Below are positions 17,867 to 26,356 of a DNA stretch of 64,000 bases, piece by piece. The stretch is from Candidatus Peribacteria bacterium RIFCSPHIGHO2_01_FULL_55_13 (GTDB lineage Bacteria > Patescibacteriota > Gracilibacteria > Peribacterales > Peribacteraceae). The notes beneath the pieces were generated by a model that was not told the DNA's origin, did not search any database, and worked only from the letters and a program-made list of their open reading frames with translations. The number at the start of each line of letters is the position of its first letter. The first letter of the stretch is position 1. The position numbers and the translations under genes were made by a program. The DNA lies in the NCBI GenBank assembly GCA_001788925.1, contig MFXS01000004.1, forward strand, positions 50,464 through 114,463, written 5' to 3'.

Positions 17867-19672
17867 ATGCAATTGCATCGTATCCGTTATCTTGCTGTTC
17901 CCGGATTGTTACTGGTCATTGTGTTCCTGGGATTTGGTCATTCTCTTTTCCAGGACTTCGCGCCAATCGATGACACGCTCCTTGTCCGTGAAAACCTCGC
18001 GATCCGTGGGCTCACGCTCGAAAACCTTCGCTATGTCTTCACGCACTTCGATCCAGAGCTCTATATTCCGCTGACATTTGTTTCGTTTCAGATCAATTAC
18101 GTTCTCGGCGGTTTGAGTCCGTTCGGATTCCATCTGGGAAATGTGCTGCTGCATGCGGCGAACACATCGTTGGTCTTTCTCTTTGTTTCACAATTGATGA
18201 ATGCAAAAAGCATAAAGGATAAAGAAAAAAGCCATTTATCCTTTTTGCTTTATCCTTTTTGCTTTCCGGCGGGCATCGCTGCGCTCCTTTTTGCGGTGCA
18301 TCCTCTTCACACGGAGGCAGTCGTCTGGATTGCCGGCCGCAAGGATCTTCTTTTCACCTTCTTCTATCTTCTTACGATTGTAACGTATCTGCGGAGAGGA
18401 AAGTGGTATTGGGTCAGTATTGTTTTCGCTTTGTGCGCGCTTCTCAGCAAAGCGACTGCGATGACACTCCCGGTGATCCTGATTCTTTTGGATTGGGTTT
18501 TGGATGATGAACGCCGGATGTCTATCAAAAACAAAATCCCGTTCTTCCTCCTCTCCATTGTTTTTGCCTTCATCGCCCTTAGCGGCAAAGAGCGCATTGT
18601 CGGCTCCACTTCCATCCTTGATACCGGCCTCGTTGCCATCCGCAGTATTGGTCATTACCTCTGGCAGATCTTCATTCCCGTTGGCTTCAGCGTCTTCTAC
18701 CAGCAGCGTGATCCGATTCTGAATGTGTATTTCGTTGTATCCCTTCTTTTTCTCGCATCCCTTATTGCTCTCACCTGGTATTTCCGCAACAGAAAGCCCT
18801 GGATAGCCTTTGGCGTCTTGTTCTACCTGATCACACTTAGTCCGACGTTCTTCAACTTCCATAAAGGATTGATCTCATTCTACGCAGTGGACCGCTATGC
18901 GTATCTTCCTTCGATTGGAATTATTTTTATTGCAGCAATGGCATGGCGTGATGTGCAGAAAAGAATTTTCCATTTTCCAGCCTTCGCCAAGGCTACGGCC
19001 GGCAGGCAATTTTCAATTTTCAATTCCATTCCTGTTGTGCTCATCGCACTCATTCTATTGTTCGTGTCACGACATCAAACGAAGGTCTGGGACACTCCCG
19101 AATCCCTCTATGCACATTCCGTTTCCGTCGATCTTGCTTCCGTTCCCGCCCGCGCAACTCTCGCCTCCGTTCTCCGCCAGACAGGTCATCCTGTTGAAGC
19201 CTTCAATGTTCTTAAAGAAGGACTCCCGTACGGCGATGATGTGAGTTATCGCCTGGAAGCAGGAAATATCTACGCAAGTAACGGGCAGATAGCGGATGCC
19301 ATCACGGAATTCACCAAAGCTTCACAGATGAAGCCCGATCTTCCTGAACCAATCTTCTCCATCGGCAATCTGGAAGACCAGCGAGGCAATAGTGATCTTG
19401 CATTGGAGTATTACCGCAAGGCCTTGGCACTGGATCCTTCCTATGTTGGGGCCCGCGTGCGCATCGCGGATATCCATATTGACCGGGGAGAACTGGCGGA
19501 AGCAGAGGAGCAGTTGATTCAAGCACTGCGATGGAATGAGAGTTCATTTGGAGCGAATGTGCAGATGTATCGGTTGAGGATGGCACAAGGGAGGGGAGAG
19601 GAGGCGGAAGTGTATTTGGAAAAGGCGAAGGCGTTACGGCCTGGAGAGGCCATCAATTCTTTAGCACCATAA
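17867..19672 (+). CDS. multi-pass membrane protein with C-terminal TPR repeats (TMTC/PMT-like glycosyltransferase candidate)
   Basis: About 11 TM helices followed by TPR-like repeats (YYRKALALDPSY); track start 17789 lies inside the hairpin, so trimmed to ATG 17867. Confidence 0.7.
   Translation: MQLHRIRYLAVPGLLLVIVFLGFGHSLFQDFAPIDDTLLVRENLAIRGLTLENLRYVFTHFDPELYIPLTFVSFQINYVLGGLSPFGFHLGNVLLHAANTSLVFLFVSQLMNAKSIKDKEKSHLSFLLYPFCFPAGIAALLFAVHPLHTEAVVWIAGRKDLLFTFFYLLTIVTYLRRGKWYWVSIVFALCALLSKATAMTLPVILILLDWVLDDERRMSIKNKIPFFLLSIVFAFIALSGKERIVGSTSILDTGLVAIRSIGHYLWQIFIPVGFSVFYQQRDPILNVYFVVSLLFLASLIALTWYFRNRKPWIAFGVLFYLITLSPTFFNFHKGLISFYAVDRYAYLPSIGIIFIAAMAWRDVQKRIFHFPAFAKATAGRQFSIFNSIPVVLIALILLFVSRHQTKVWDTPESLYAHSVSVDLASVPARATLASVLRQTGHPVEAFNVLKEGLPYGDDVSYRLEAGNIYASNGQIADAITEFTKASQMKPDLPEPIFSIGNLEDQRGNSDLALEYYRKALALDPSYVGARVRIADIHIDRGELAEAEEQLIQALRWNESSFGANVQMYRLRMAQGRGEEAEVYLEKAKALRPGEAINSLAP
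18203..18264. repeat. 7-nt-periodic repeat module, full hairpin read in frame (GCAAAAA/GGATAAA units)
   Basis: Arms 18203-18224 and 18236-18262 inside the CDS; encodes NAKSIKDKEKSHLSFLLYPFCFP. Confidence 0.8.
18963..19027. repeat. composite: heptamer arms (ATTTTCC / ATTTTCA) flanking a core related to the 25-nt element
   Basis: Core CCTTCGCCAAGGCTACGGCCGGCAGGC resembles CCCTTCGACAGGCTCAGGACAGGC; in frame (FHFPAFAKATAGRQFSIFNS). Confidence 0.6.
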
Positions 19673-19683
19673 ATGTGTACCGT

Positions 19684-19707
19684 GGAGACGCACTGGCAGT
19701 GCGTCTC
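19684..19707 (+). terminator. GAGACG...CGTCTC hairpin 3' of TPR gene
   Basis: GGAGACGCACTG-GC-AGTGCGTCTC, followed by AAATTATTT; weak U-tract. Confidence 0.4.
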
Positions 19708-19863
19708 AAATTATTTCGAAGGTGAGGCTTCCCTCCAACACAATTCAAAAATAATCGTCCGGTAAAAATGCGCGATATCGCGATTTTCAATGATCGTGCA
19801 GGTTATTTTTTGTTTCGTGTATGACATGATCGCGATGGAATCATTCCAGGAAAAAATACCCGA

Positions 19864-20142
19864 TTGCCATTGCATGGTCGGCGGAAGCATCCGAACGGTA
19901 TTTTTATATTCCTTTCCGGTCTTGATGACAAAATCCGCGAAGCCTTCTCCGGCCGAACACTCGATGTGCCCCAGATCACAGACGATTGCTCCAAGGAGAT
20001 CCGCATCGAGTCGCGCCAGAAATACGCCGCTCCGCGCAAAGCAGTGGAGGAGAACCTGAAGAAGTGGGATGAATCAGCAAGTGCGCCACCGGCGGAGGAT
20101 GAAATGGGGGCGGAGGAGAAGTTTGAAGAGCCGTTGATATAG
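19864..20142 (+). CDS. hypothetical small acidic protein (uncertain)
   Basis: 92-aa ORF in AT-rich stretch, followed immediately by two-hairpin repeat copy 1; competing frames exist. Confidence 0.3.
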   Translation: MPLHGRRKHPNGIFIFLSGLDDKIREAFSGRTLDVPQITDDCSKEIRIESRQKYAAPRKAVEENLKKWDESASAPPAEDEMGAEEKFEEPLI

Positions 20143-20232
20143 CATGGAAGGGAAACCTACGGTTTCCCTCCCATGAACCCTCCTTTCCCTAAGAGGTGGC
20201 GCTCCAGGCAAGCGGAGCTTGCCTTCGCGCAC
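20143..20232. repeat. two-hairpin ~90-nt repeat, copy 1
   Basis: CATGGAAGGGAAACC-TAC-GGTTTCCCTCCCATG ... CCCTAAGAGGTGGCGCTCCAG + hairpin GGCAAGC-GGA-GCTTGCC; aligns with 21816-21911. Confidence 0.8.
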
Positions 20233-20287
20233 TTATTTGATGGGCGGCCTTCCTCTCTCGTCTTACGATCCCTAAAATCCTTTTCAC

Positions 20288-20378
20288 GGAGAGATGGCCG
20301 AGTGGTCGAAGGCGCGCGACTCGAAATCGCGTAGGCCCCAAAAGGGTCTCGAGGGTTCGAATCCCTCTCTCTCCGCCA
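20288..20378 (+). tRNA. tRNA-Ser (anticodon CGA), CCA encoded
   Basis: Acceptor GGAGAGA/TCTCTCC, anticodon loop CTCGAAA, long variable arm, T-arm GAGGGTTCGAATCCCTC, GCCA end. Confidence 0.93.
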
Positions 20379-20525
20379 TTCGACTCGGCCCTGCGGGGGC
20401 CTCGCTCATGGTCCTCGTTTCGCTCGGGCCATTCTTTACCGAGCCGAGCTGAATGACCCTGAGTGAACGAGCGTGAGCGAGTGAATCGAAGGGCCATGAC
20501 TTTCCCTAGCGACGTGGCTCCGCCC

Positions 20526-21374
20526 TTATTCTTTAATTACGTGTTCTTTTTGCAGGATCCGCAAAATATCCTCCATCCTTTCCTGTGTCGCCTCCTTTCC
20601 GGCATCCATGAATTCCATGCTTTTCTGGAAGTGGTACGGAGCGCCGTCGAGTTTCGGCACGATGATGATGTCGCAGGCTGAGGTACTGGCATGCAGGAAC
20701 TCCTGGCTGGCGTAGAGGACTTTCCGGAGCACCTGCGGCAGATAAGGAGCGACCGTCGTATACGTTGGCGTGGTATCCGTGGCAATGATGTAGTCCACCG
20801 TGTGATGTTTTTTGAGCGACTGCACCGGAACGGCGCCGAACGTGCAGAGATCCATAAAACGGGATTTTCCGACTTTCACCGGTTGGAATACCACCGGTAC
20901 CGCGCAACTGGCCGCGAGTGCATCGAGGATCAGGGTCTCCGGGGGAAAGACGTATGTCTCCACGGACGTGAGCAGCGTCGGGAGAAAATCCTGCTTCATC
21001 ACGTTCTTCCACGGGATCGCTTTCAGGATTCTTCCCGCGACGCACATGAACGGAATCCGGCAGTCGGCAATCCGCGCGCCCTGTATATAAGGGGCAAGGA
21101 TCTCCTTCATACGGTGTTCCAGAACGCCGCCTTCCAAGCCGTCGCTCAGGGGGCGCTTTTTCCATGAGGCGACCGTGGAGGGGGTGAGCTTTTTTCCGAT
21201 CTCCCGGATGGTTTTGGTCTCGATACCCAGGGCATAGAGCCCGGCCACCACAGCCCCCATGCTGCTTCCGGCGATGACATCCGGGGAAAGACCTTCCTTT
21301 TCAAGACATTCTACGACCCCGACATTGGCAACTCCGTATGCCGCGCCGCCGGAGAGGACAAGGCCCCAAGACAT
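20526..21374 (-). CDS. patatin-like phospholipase
   Basis: LSGGAAYG oxyanion motif, GSSMG nucleophile elbow and C-terminal D-containing motif. Confidence 0.88.
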   Translation of the reverse strand: MSWGLVLSGGAAYGVANVGVVECLEKEGLSPDVIAGSSMGAVVAGLYALGIETKTIREIGKKLTPSTVASWKKRPLSDGLEGGVLEHRMKEILAPYIQGARIADCRIPFMCVAGRILKAIPWKNVMKQDFLPTLLTSVETYVFPPETLILDALAASCAVPVVFQPVKVGKSRFMDLCTFGAVPVQSLKKHHTVDYIIATDTTPTYTTVAPYLPQVLRKVLYASQEFLHASTSACDIIIVPKLDGAPYHFQKSMEFMDAGKEATQERMEDILRILQKEHVIKE

Positions 21375-21527
21375 AGGCGTATTGTAGGCTACGAAGCGGT
21401 TTTTGCCCTTACTATCGCCGCGAAAATCGCGCTAATCGGCTTATACATTACGTAATTCCTTGCAAAACGCCGATTCCGTCAATTGCTTTTGCAACGATAA
21501 ATTCACCATTAGGCGTAGATTTTTGGC

Positions 21528-21555
21528 TTGCAGAGGCGTTTTGGGCTGTTACAAT
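21528..21555 (+). promoter_or_regulatory. candidate sigma-70 promoter (TTGCAG-16 nt-TACAAT)
   Basis: Hexamers 21528-21533 and 21550-21555, about 30 nt upstream of the DUF1931 ORF. Confidence 0.3.
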
Positions 21556-21586
21556 CTCGCCGTCTACTTCTCTTCCCCCTTATTTC

Positions 21587-21757
21587 ATGTCCTACGTCGT
21601 CGCTTCGAAGATCAAGGAAGTTGTAAAGAAGCACAACATGATGGCCGCCGGCGACCTCGCCGAGGCAGCCAGCGCTTTCCTCGAGGCCGCCCTCAAGGCA
21701 GCCGTGAAGCGCGCCAGCGACAACGGCCGCAAGACCGTTCGTCCGTGCGATCTTTAA
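21587..21757 (+). CDS. DUF1931 histone-fold-like small protein
   Basis: 56-aa ORF not in track: MSYVVASKIKEVVKKHNMMAAGDLAEAASAFLEAALKAAVKRASDNGRKTVRPCDL; pattern matches the DUF1931 family (Aquifex Aq_328-like). Confidence 0.65.
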   Translation: MSYVVASKIKEVVKKHNMMAAGDLAEAASAFLEAALKAAVKRASDNGRKTVRPCDL

Positions 21758-21781
21758 GCATCTCGATTTGCTTATCAAAGT

Positions 21782-21810
21782 GGGGCTGCCGTAAGGCGCC
21801 CCATTTTTTT
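21782..21810 (+). terminator. rho-independent terminator
   Basis: GGGGCTGCC-GTAA-GGCGCCCC followed by ATTTTTTT. Confidence 0.7.
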
Positions 21811-21815
21811 AACTT

Positions 21816-21911
21816 CATGGAAGAGGAACCTACGGTTCCTCTCCCATGGGCCCACTCTTCCCTAAGAGGTGTCGCTCCAGCGCGGGACCCACAAGACCCG
21901 CGCTTCGCGAC
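21816..21911. repeat. two-hairpin ~90-nt repeat, copy 2
   Basis: CATGGAAGAGGAACC-TAC-GGTTCCTCTCCCATGG ... CCCTAAGAGGTGTCGCTCCAG + hairpin CGCGGG...CCCGCG. Confidence 0.8.
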
Positions 21912-21942
21912 ATCTTTTAGATTGGTGCCGTGCTGAAAGGTA

Positions 21943-23026
21943 TTACGCTCTTGCTTCTCTTTTCAACTCCGCATCAATAAACATCTGGATCTCTCCATCG
22001 AGCACCCCCTGCGTATCACTTGTCTCCGTATCGGTCCGGAGATCCTTGACCATCTGATACGGATGCAGGACGTAGCTTCGGATCTGCTGCCCGAAGTCGG
22101 CGCTTTGCGTTGCTCCTTTTAATTCCTTCTTCGTCGCAAGATCGGCGGCCTGCTGCTTTTCCAACAGCTTCGCACGAAGCAATGCCATGGCACGGGTTCG
22201 ATTTTGCAGTTGCGATCGCTCCGTCTGACAGGCAACAACAATGTTGGTGGGGAGATGGGTGATGCGGATCGCCGTCTCCACTTTGTTCACGTTCTGTCCG
22301 CCCGCGCCGCCGCTGCGGAAGGTATCCACCCGAAGCTCGCTGGGATTGATCGTCACTTCCGTTTCTTCGATCTCCGGAAGTACTTCTACCAGTGCGAAGC
22401 TAGTCTGCCGCAGGCTCTTGGCATTAAAGGGAGAGAGGCGAACCAGGCGGTGCGTACCACGTTCGCATTTCAGATTGCCGTAGGCCATCGCCCCTTCTAC
22501 ATAGATCGTCGCAGTCTTGATGCCGGCCTCCTGGCCGTCCGTCTTATCGATCAGCTCCGTCTTCCATCCCTGCCGCTCGCAGTAGCGCAGGTACATCCTG
22601 AGCAGCATCGCCGCCCAGTCCTGGGCCTCGGTGCCGCCTGCTCCTCCGCTTACCGTCAAATAGCAGTGGGCCGTATCAAATTCTCCGGAGAGATAGAGCT
22701 GCGTTTCCACTTCCTTCCATCGCCCGGCAAGTTTGGCATATTCTTTTTCCAGATCAGGAAGATCCGTTTCCGCTGATGTTTCCGCGAGCGAGATCAGATC
22801 CCTTGCCTCGCTGAGCATCGCGTTGACCGGTTCCCAAGTTTTTTTCAGCGCGCGCAGATCGGCGAACAATTTGTTGGCGGCTTTCTGGTCCGACCAAATG
22901 CCCGGATCCTCCGAGCGCTTCTGTAGGTCGTCGATCTTTTTCGGAACGCCTCTGACCTCAAAGAGAGTCCTTACCCGTGTTCAGAGCAGCCATCAGTTCC
23001 CGGAGATGTTTGAGGAGCTCTTCCAT
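21943..23026 (-). CDS. prfB: peptide chain release factor 2 (two frames joined by programmed +1 frameshift)
   Basis: Frame 0 MEELLKHLRELMAALNTGKDSL then CTT TGA G; the +1 frame continues EVRGVPKKIDDLQKRSEDPGIW into the 308-aa ORF with SPF and GGQ motifs. Confidence 0.93.
22958..22963 (-). promoter_or_regulatory. RF2 autoregulatory +1 frameshift site CTTTGA
   Basis: In-frame TGA after codon 22 preceded by CTT, as in the classical prfB recoding site. Confidence 0.85.
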
Positions 23027-23086
23027 GGGGAAGGGGGAATATCTATCCTTATTACTATACCTCAGATGTCTCTTCTACGGTAGCCA

Positions 23087-23443
23087 TTACCCGAACTGGC
23101 ACCGAATCTTATTATGGATTTTCTGTGTGAGTTCGTTGCAAATTTCGCCTGAATTCCAGAAATTCGTTGGTTGGCGCTCTTTTGGAGCGAGAGAGACAGC
23201 TCTGGCATACATGTCTTCATCCCAGTCATCTATACCCTCCTCAGCAAGGCGTAATGCCCAGGACTGTAGATTTGCTGGAGAAGCATTGCGGTCGTACATG
23301 ATGGCGATATACCAAAATGCGTGCCAGATGATGTCGCATGTGTTTCGAACCTGGTCTGGCGGAAACTGATTTGAAGGAAGATTTCGCTCAAAATGAGCGC
23401 GAAATTCGAAGGCCCCCTCAAAGAAGTATTTCTCGTGATCCAT
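23087..23443 (-). CDS. hypothetical protein (AT-richer orphan)
   Basis: 118-aa ORF with protein-like composition and no recognisable motif. Confidence 0.5.
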   Translation of the reverse strand: MDHEKYFFEGAFEFRAHFERNLPSNQFPPDQVRNTCDIIWHAFWYIAIMYDRNASPANLQSWALRLAEEGIDDWDEDMYARAVSLAPKERQPTNFWNSGEICNELTQKIHNKIRCQFG

Positions 23444-23527
23444 AATTTCATACTATATTTTACACATTCTGCAAGTCTTGGGAAAGGACAAATTGTATAA
23501 ATTTGGCTATAATATAAGGAAAACTTC

Positions 23528-24130
23528 ATGACAGACACATCCACTTCAACGCCGGTTTCCACAGTCCCCACACCAGGACACATCCTTCACAGGATGAGTA
23601 TGCCGGTGCTGCTTTTTAGCGCCGTGTTCGCCACGGCTCTCGGCGTTTCGCGTTTCGCGATTCTACCGACCCTAACGTCGATCGAAGTGGGCGGCGTGAA
23701 GCGCGATGCGGCGGGGCTTCAGAGGCGTACGGAAGAATTGAAGGCACAGATCGCGGACGTTCAGAAAGAGCGCGATGAAGAAATTCTGACACTCCAGGGC
23801 ACGCCCTATCGCGCGCTTGTGAATAGCAAGATCTCCGACGATTCCGGCCTGGAACTTCTCGAGGCCTTTCGCTCATTGGCGCGGGAAGCGGTGCCCGGTA
23901 CTCCGGATGCCGTCGTCATCACCCAGGAGCATATCGACGGAAAGACGCTCACGCTGAAAGGCGACGTCTCGGGTGTAGGTCCGGGCAGCATGACGGTGCT
24001 CGCGCAATTCACAGAAATTCTCCGCGGCGATACGCGCGTTGCTTCGCTCGTTGCTCCCACCTTCACACGTCTTGAAGATCCGAAGGTCGGGCCGCACTCG
24101 CCGTTTACCATCGTGCTCACGTTGCAATGA
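23528..24130 (+). CDS. membrane-anchored coiled-coil protein (hypothetical)
   Basis: N-terminal TM helix then QRRTEELKAQIADVQKERDEE coiled coil; ATGA overlap with next gene. Confidence 0.6.
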   Translation: MTDTSTSTPVSTVPTPGHILHRMSMPVLLFSAVFATALGVSRFAILPTLTSIEVGGVKRDAAGLQRRTEELKAQIADVQKERDEEILTLQGTPYRALVNSKISDDSGLELLEAFRSLAREAVPGTPDAVVITQEHIDGKTLTLKGDVSGVGPGSMTVLAQFTEILRGDTRVASLVAPTFTRLEDPKVGPHSPFTIVLTLQ

Positions 24131-24999
24131 CATTCCATCCTTATCCGCATTGGCAGTCGTCTGTCGCCCGCTGGGCGGGGTCTCTGTCGCTTATTGCGCT
24201 TGGCGCAGTCTTTCTCGCGCAGCATATTTCTACCGTGCGTGATGTGCGCGCTTCTTCGCTTCCCTTGGCCCAGGAAATACCGGGGCTGGAGCGTCGTCTG
24301 AATGTCCTTAAGCAGCAGAAAGAGCTCAGCGAACTCTCACATGCGCTGCGGACGGGTTCGCCCGAAGAGCGCGTCCACGTGTACGTGCTTCCGGAGGAAG
24401 CTGACCTCGATAAAGTCGTCACCGCATTCGACGCACTCGCTCAGGAACTCCGCAAGCGCAAACTTCTCACGGTGATCTCGCCGATTGCATTCGGAGAAAC
24501 GAGGCCGGGTCCTGAGGGGATGAAGGAGCAGTCTGTGACACTGGAGCTCGCGATGCATCAGGAGGGTATCGAGGCTCTGCAGACATTCGTAAAACTCAGC
24601 GGGCTTCTTTCCGTCGCAGATGCCCTCAGCTCCGAAGAGCGTTCGCGGCTGCTTCTCCAGACGGAACTGGAAAACCCCGCCGCCATCGTCGCACTGGAGC
24701 AGTTTCTGAACACGGATCTTCTGAGCTACCTCCGGGAACCCCGCCCGGCCGAGGAACAACTTCTGAAATCCTTCTCCAGCCAGAGCTTCGAGCGCGCCTT
24801 CCGCGACGTGGTCCGCACATCACTCCTTGCGGATGCGGGACGGCTCCTCAGTCCGGCATTCACAGACAAGCTTTCGGCTGCGCGCCTCTGGCCGATGCAG
24901 ATGATGGACATCGAGAGTTTGGAACTGGAAGCCGGAAGGTCGGAGGGGTGGTATCGGGTGAAGCTGAAGATCGACTTGTATATGAGGAGTGTGTTTTGA
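24127..24999 (+). CDS. membrane-anchored protein (hypothetical)
   Basis: N-terminal TM helix, helical extracytoplasmic part; translationally coupled to the previous gene. Confidence 0.6.
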   Translation: MTFHPYPHWQSSVARWAGSLSLIALGAVFLAQHISTVRDVRASSLPLAQEIPGLERRLNVLKQQKELSELSHALRTGSPEERVHVYVLPEEADLDKVVTAFDALAQELRKRKLLTVISPIAFGETRPGPEGMKEQSVTLELAMHQEGIEALQTFVKLSGLLSVADALSSEERSRLLLQTELENPAAIVALEQFLNTDLLSYLREPRPAEEQLLKSFSSQSFERAFRDVVRTSLLADAGRLLSPAFTDKLSAARLWPMQMMDIESLELEAGRSEGWYRVKLKIDLYMRSVF

Positions 25000-25055
25000 T
25001 CCTCGTCGCATTGCTTGACCATCTTCACGCCTACCCTCACGATAGAGCGGCAGTT

Positions 25056-25595
25056 ATGCAGAAACGCAGACAATACATCGGTCACTCCCGCGACCCCAAG
25101 CGTCCGCGGACGAATGAAGAAATCACGTCCCCGGAGGTTCTTTTGGTTACGGACGGCGTCTCGGAGCGTATTCCGACCGCCGAAGCGATCAAGCGCGCAA
25201 AGGACGCGGAGTACGATCTCATCGAAATCGCGGGGAAGGCGAATCCTCCGGTCGTCAAAATCGGCGACATCGGACAGTACCTGTACCAGCAGCAGAAGAA
25301 GGAGCGGAAGCAGAAGAGCGGATCGAAGCAGACGGAAGTGAAGATGCTCCGCTTCGGATTTCGCACGGACCAGCACGACCTCGACCGCCTCGTCGGCCGC
25401 TCGAAGGAATTCCTCGCCGAGCGCCACTTGGTGAAGTTCGTCGTGCGGCTCCGGGGGAGGGAACTTAGTAACAAATCCTTCGCCGGGGATAAACTAAAAG
25501 GCGTCATCGCGGCGCTCAAAGATGTGGCGGAGGTGGAAACGGACATGAGGATGCAGGGCAATAACTTCGTCGTGGTGTTGCGAGCGAAGAAGTAG
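25056..25595 (+). CDS. infC: translation initiation factor IF-3
   Basis: RTNEEITSPEVLLVTDG...DLIEI...PPVVKIGDIGQYLY...KEVKMLRFGFRTDQHD; start set at ATG 25056 downstream of the previous stop. Confidence 0.88.
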   Translation: MQKRRQYIGHSRDPKRPRTNEEITSPEVLLVTDGVSERIPTAEAIKRAKDAEYDLIEIAGKANPPVVKIGDIGQYLYQQQKKERKQKSGSKQTEVKMLRFGFRTDQHDLDRLVGRSKEFLAERHLVKFVVRLRGRELSNKSFAGDKLKGVIAALKDVAEVETDMRMQGNNFVVVLRAKK

Positions 25596-25617
25596 AGACG
25601 TCCGGCCGGACGTCTCT
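25594..25617 (+). terminator. GAGACG...CGTCTC hairpin overlapping infC stop
   Basis: AGAGACGTCCGG/CCGGACGTCTCT perfect palindrome; no U-tract. Confidence 0.35.
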
Positions 25618-25683
25618 GCATGAAAAACATCACCAGTTTTTCTTTGCAAAACCCCCTATCTTCATTAGGATCCCCCGGTACCC

Positions 25684-25878
25684 ATGCCAAAGATCCGTTC
25701 CCACAGCGGCACAAAGAAGCGCGTCCGGAAGACGGGCAGCGGCAAATATGCCATGAAGCGCCACAGCCGCAATCACCTTCTGATGCAGAAGAACAAGCGT
25801 CAGAAGCGCATGAATCGCACCATTACTCTTCCCGGCACGGAGACAGCGCGTCTCCGAGGCCTTGTCCCTTACCTTTAA
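25684..25878 (+). CDS. rpmI: 50S ribosomal protein L35
   Basis: MPKIRSHSGTKKRVRKTGSGKYAMKRHSRNHLL canonical L35. Confidence 0.93.
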   Translation: MPKIRSHSGTKKRVRKTGSGKYAMKRHSRNHLLMQKNKRQKRMNRTITLPGTETARLRGLVPYL

Positions 25879-25899
25879 GTTCTCGAGGACGCGTGCCAT

Positions 25900-25921
25900 G
25901 GTTCGACAAGCTCACCATGAC
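25900..25921. repeat. short element GGTTCGACAAGCTCACCATGAC (variant related to the 25-nt element)
   Basis: Shares the TTCGACA(A/G)GCTCA core with 56126, 61365 and 36829; intergenic rpmI-rplT. Confidence 0.45.
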
Positions 25922-25944
25922 ACGCTTCCCATCCCTCAACCATC

Positions 25945-26289
25945 ATGAGAGTTAAGCGCGGTATCGTCCGCCATCGGCGTCACAAGAAAATCCGCAAGCT
26001 TGCCAAGGGTTACCGCGGCATGCGCTCAAAGACCTTCGTCAAAGCCAATGAGGCCGTGATGAAGGCCGGCCGTTATGCGTACCGCGACCGCAAGGCCAAG
26101 AAGCGCACCTTCCGCCAGCTCTGGATCGTCCGTCTCAACGCAGCGCTCGCCACACACGGACTCGGTTACGCGCCGTTCATCAAAGCTCTGCAGGACAAAA
26201 AAATCACGCTCGACAGAAAGACCCTCTCGGAACTCGCGATCCATGAGCCGGAGGCGTTTGCGGCAGTGGTGAAGGCGACGCAGAAATAA
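25945..26289 (+). CDS. rplT: 50S ribosomal protein L20
   Basis: [25 protein letters not shown] canonical L20. Confidence 0.95.
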   Translation: MRVKRGIVRHRRHKKIRKLAKGYRGMRSKTFVKANEAVMKAGRYAYRDRKAKKRTFRQLWIVRLNAALATHGLGYAPFIKALQDKKITLDRKTLSELAIHEPEAFAAVVKATQK

Positions 26290-26354
26290 TTTGCCACGTT
26301 CCATTTGCGATTTACCATTTTTACAATGGCAAATGGTAAATGATAAATGGCCAA
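26290..26354. repeat. 7-nt-periodic repeat module, inverted pair (CCATTTG / ATGGCAA-ATGGTAA units)
   Basis: Fills gap between convergent stops 26289 and 26357; about 18 bp of pairing with a few mismatches. Confidence 0.85.
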
Positions 26355-26356
26355 TT

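Noticed and set aside
20526-21374. Patatin-like phospholipase as the effector of a CBASS-type defence system
   Set aside because: No cyclase/CD-NTase, sensor or other defence gene is adjacent. The neighbours are a tRNA, repeat debris and a histone-fold ORF.
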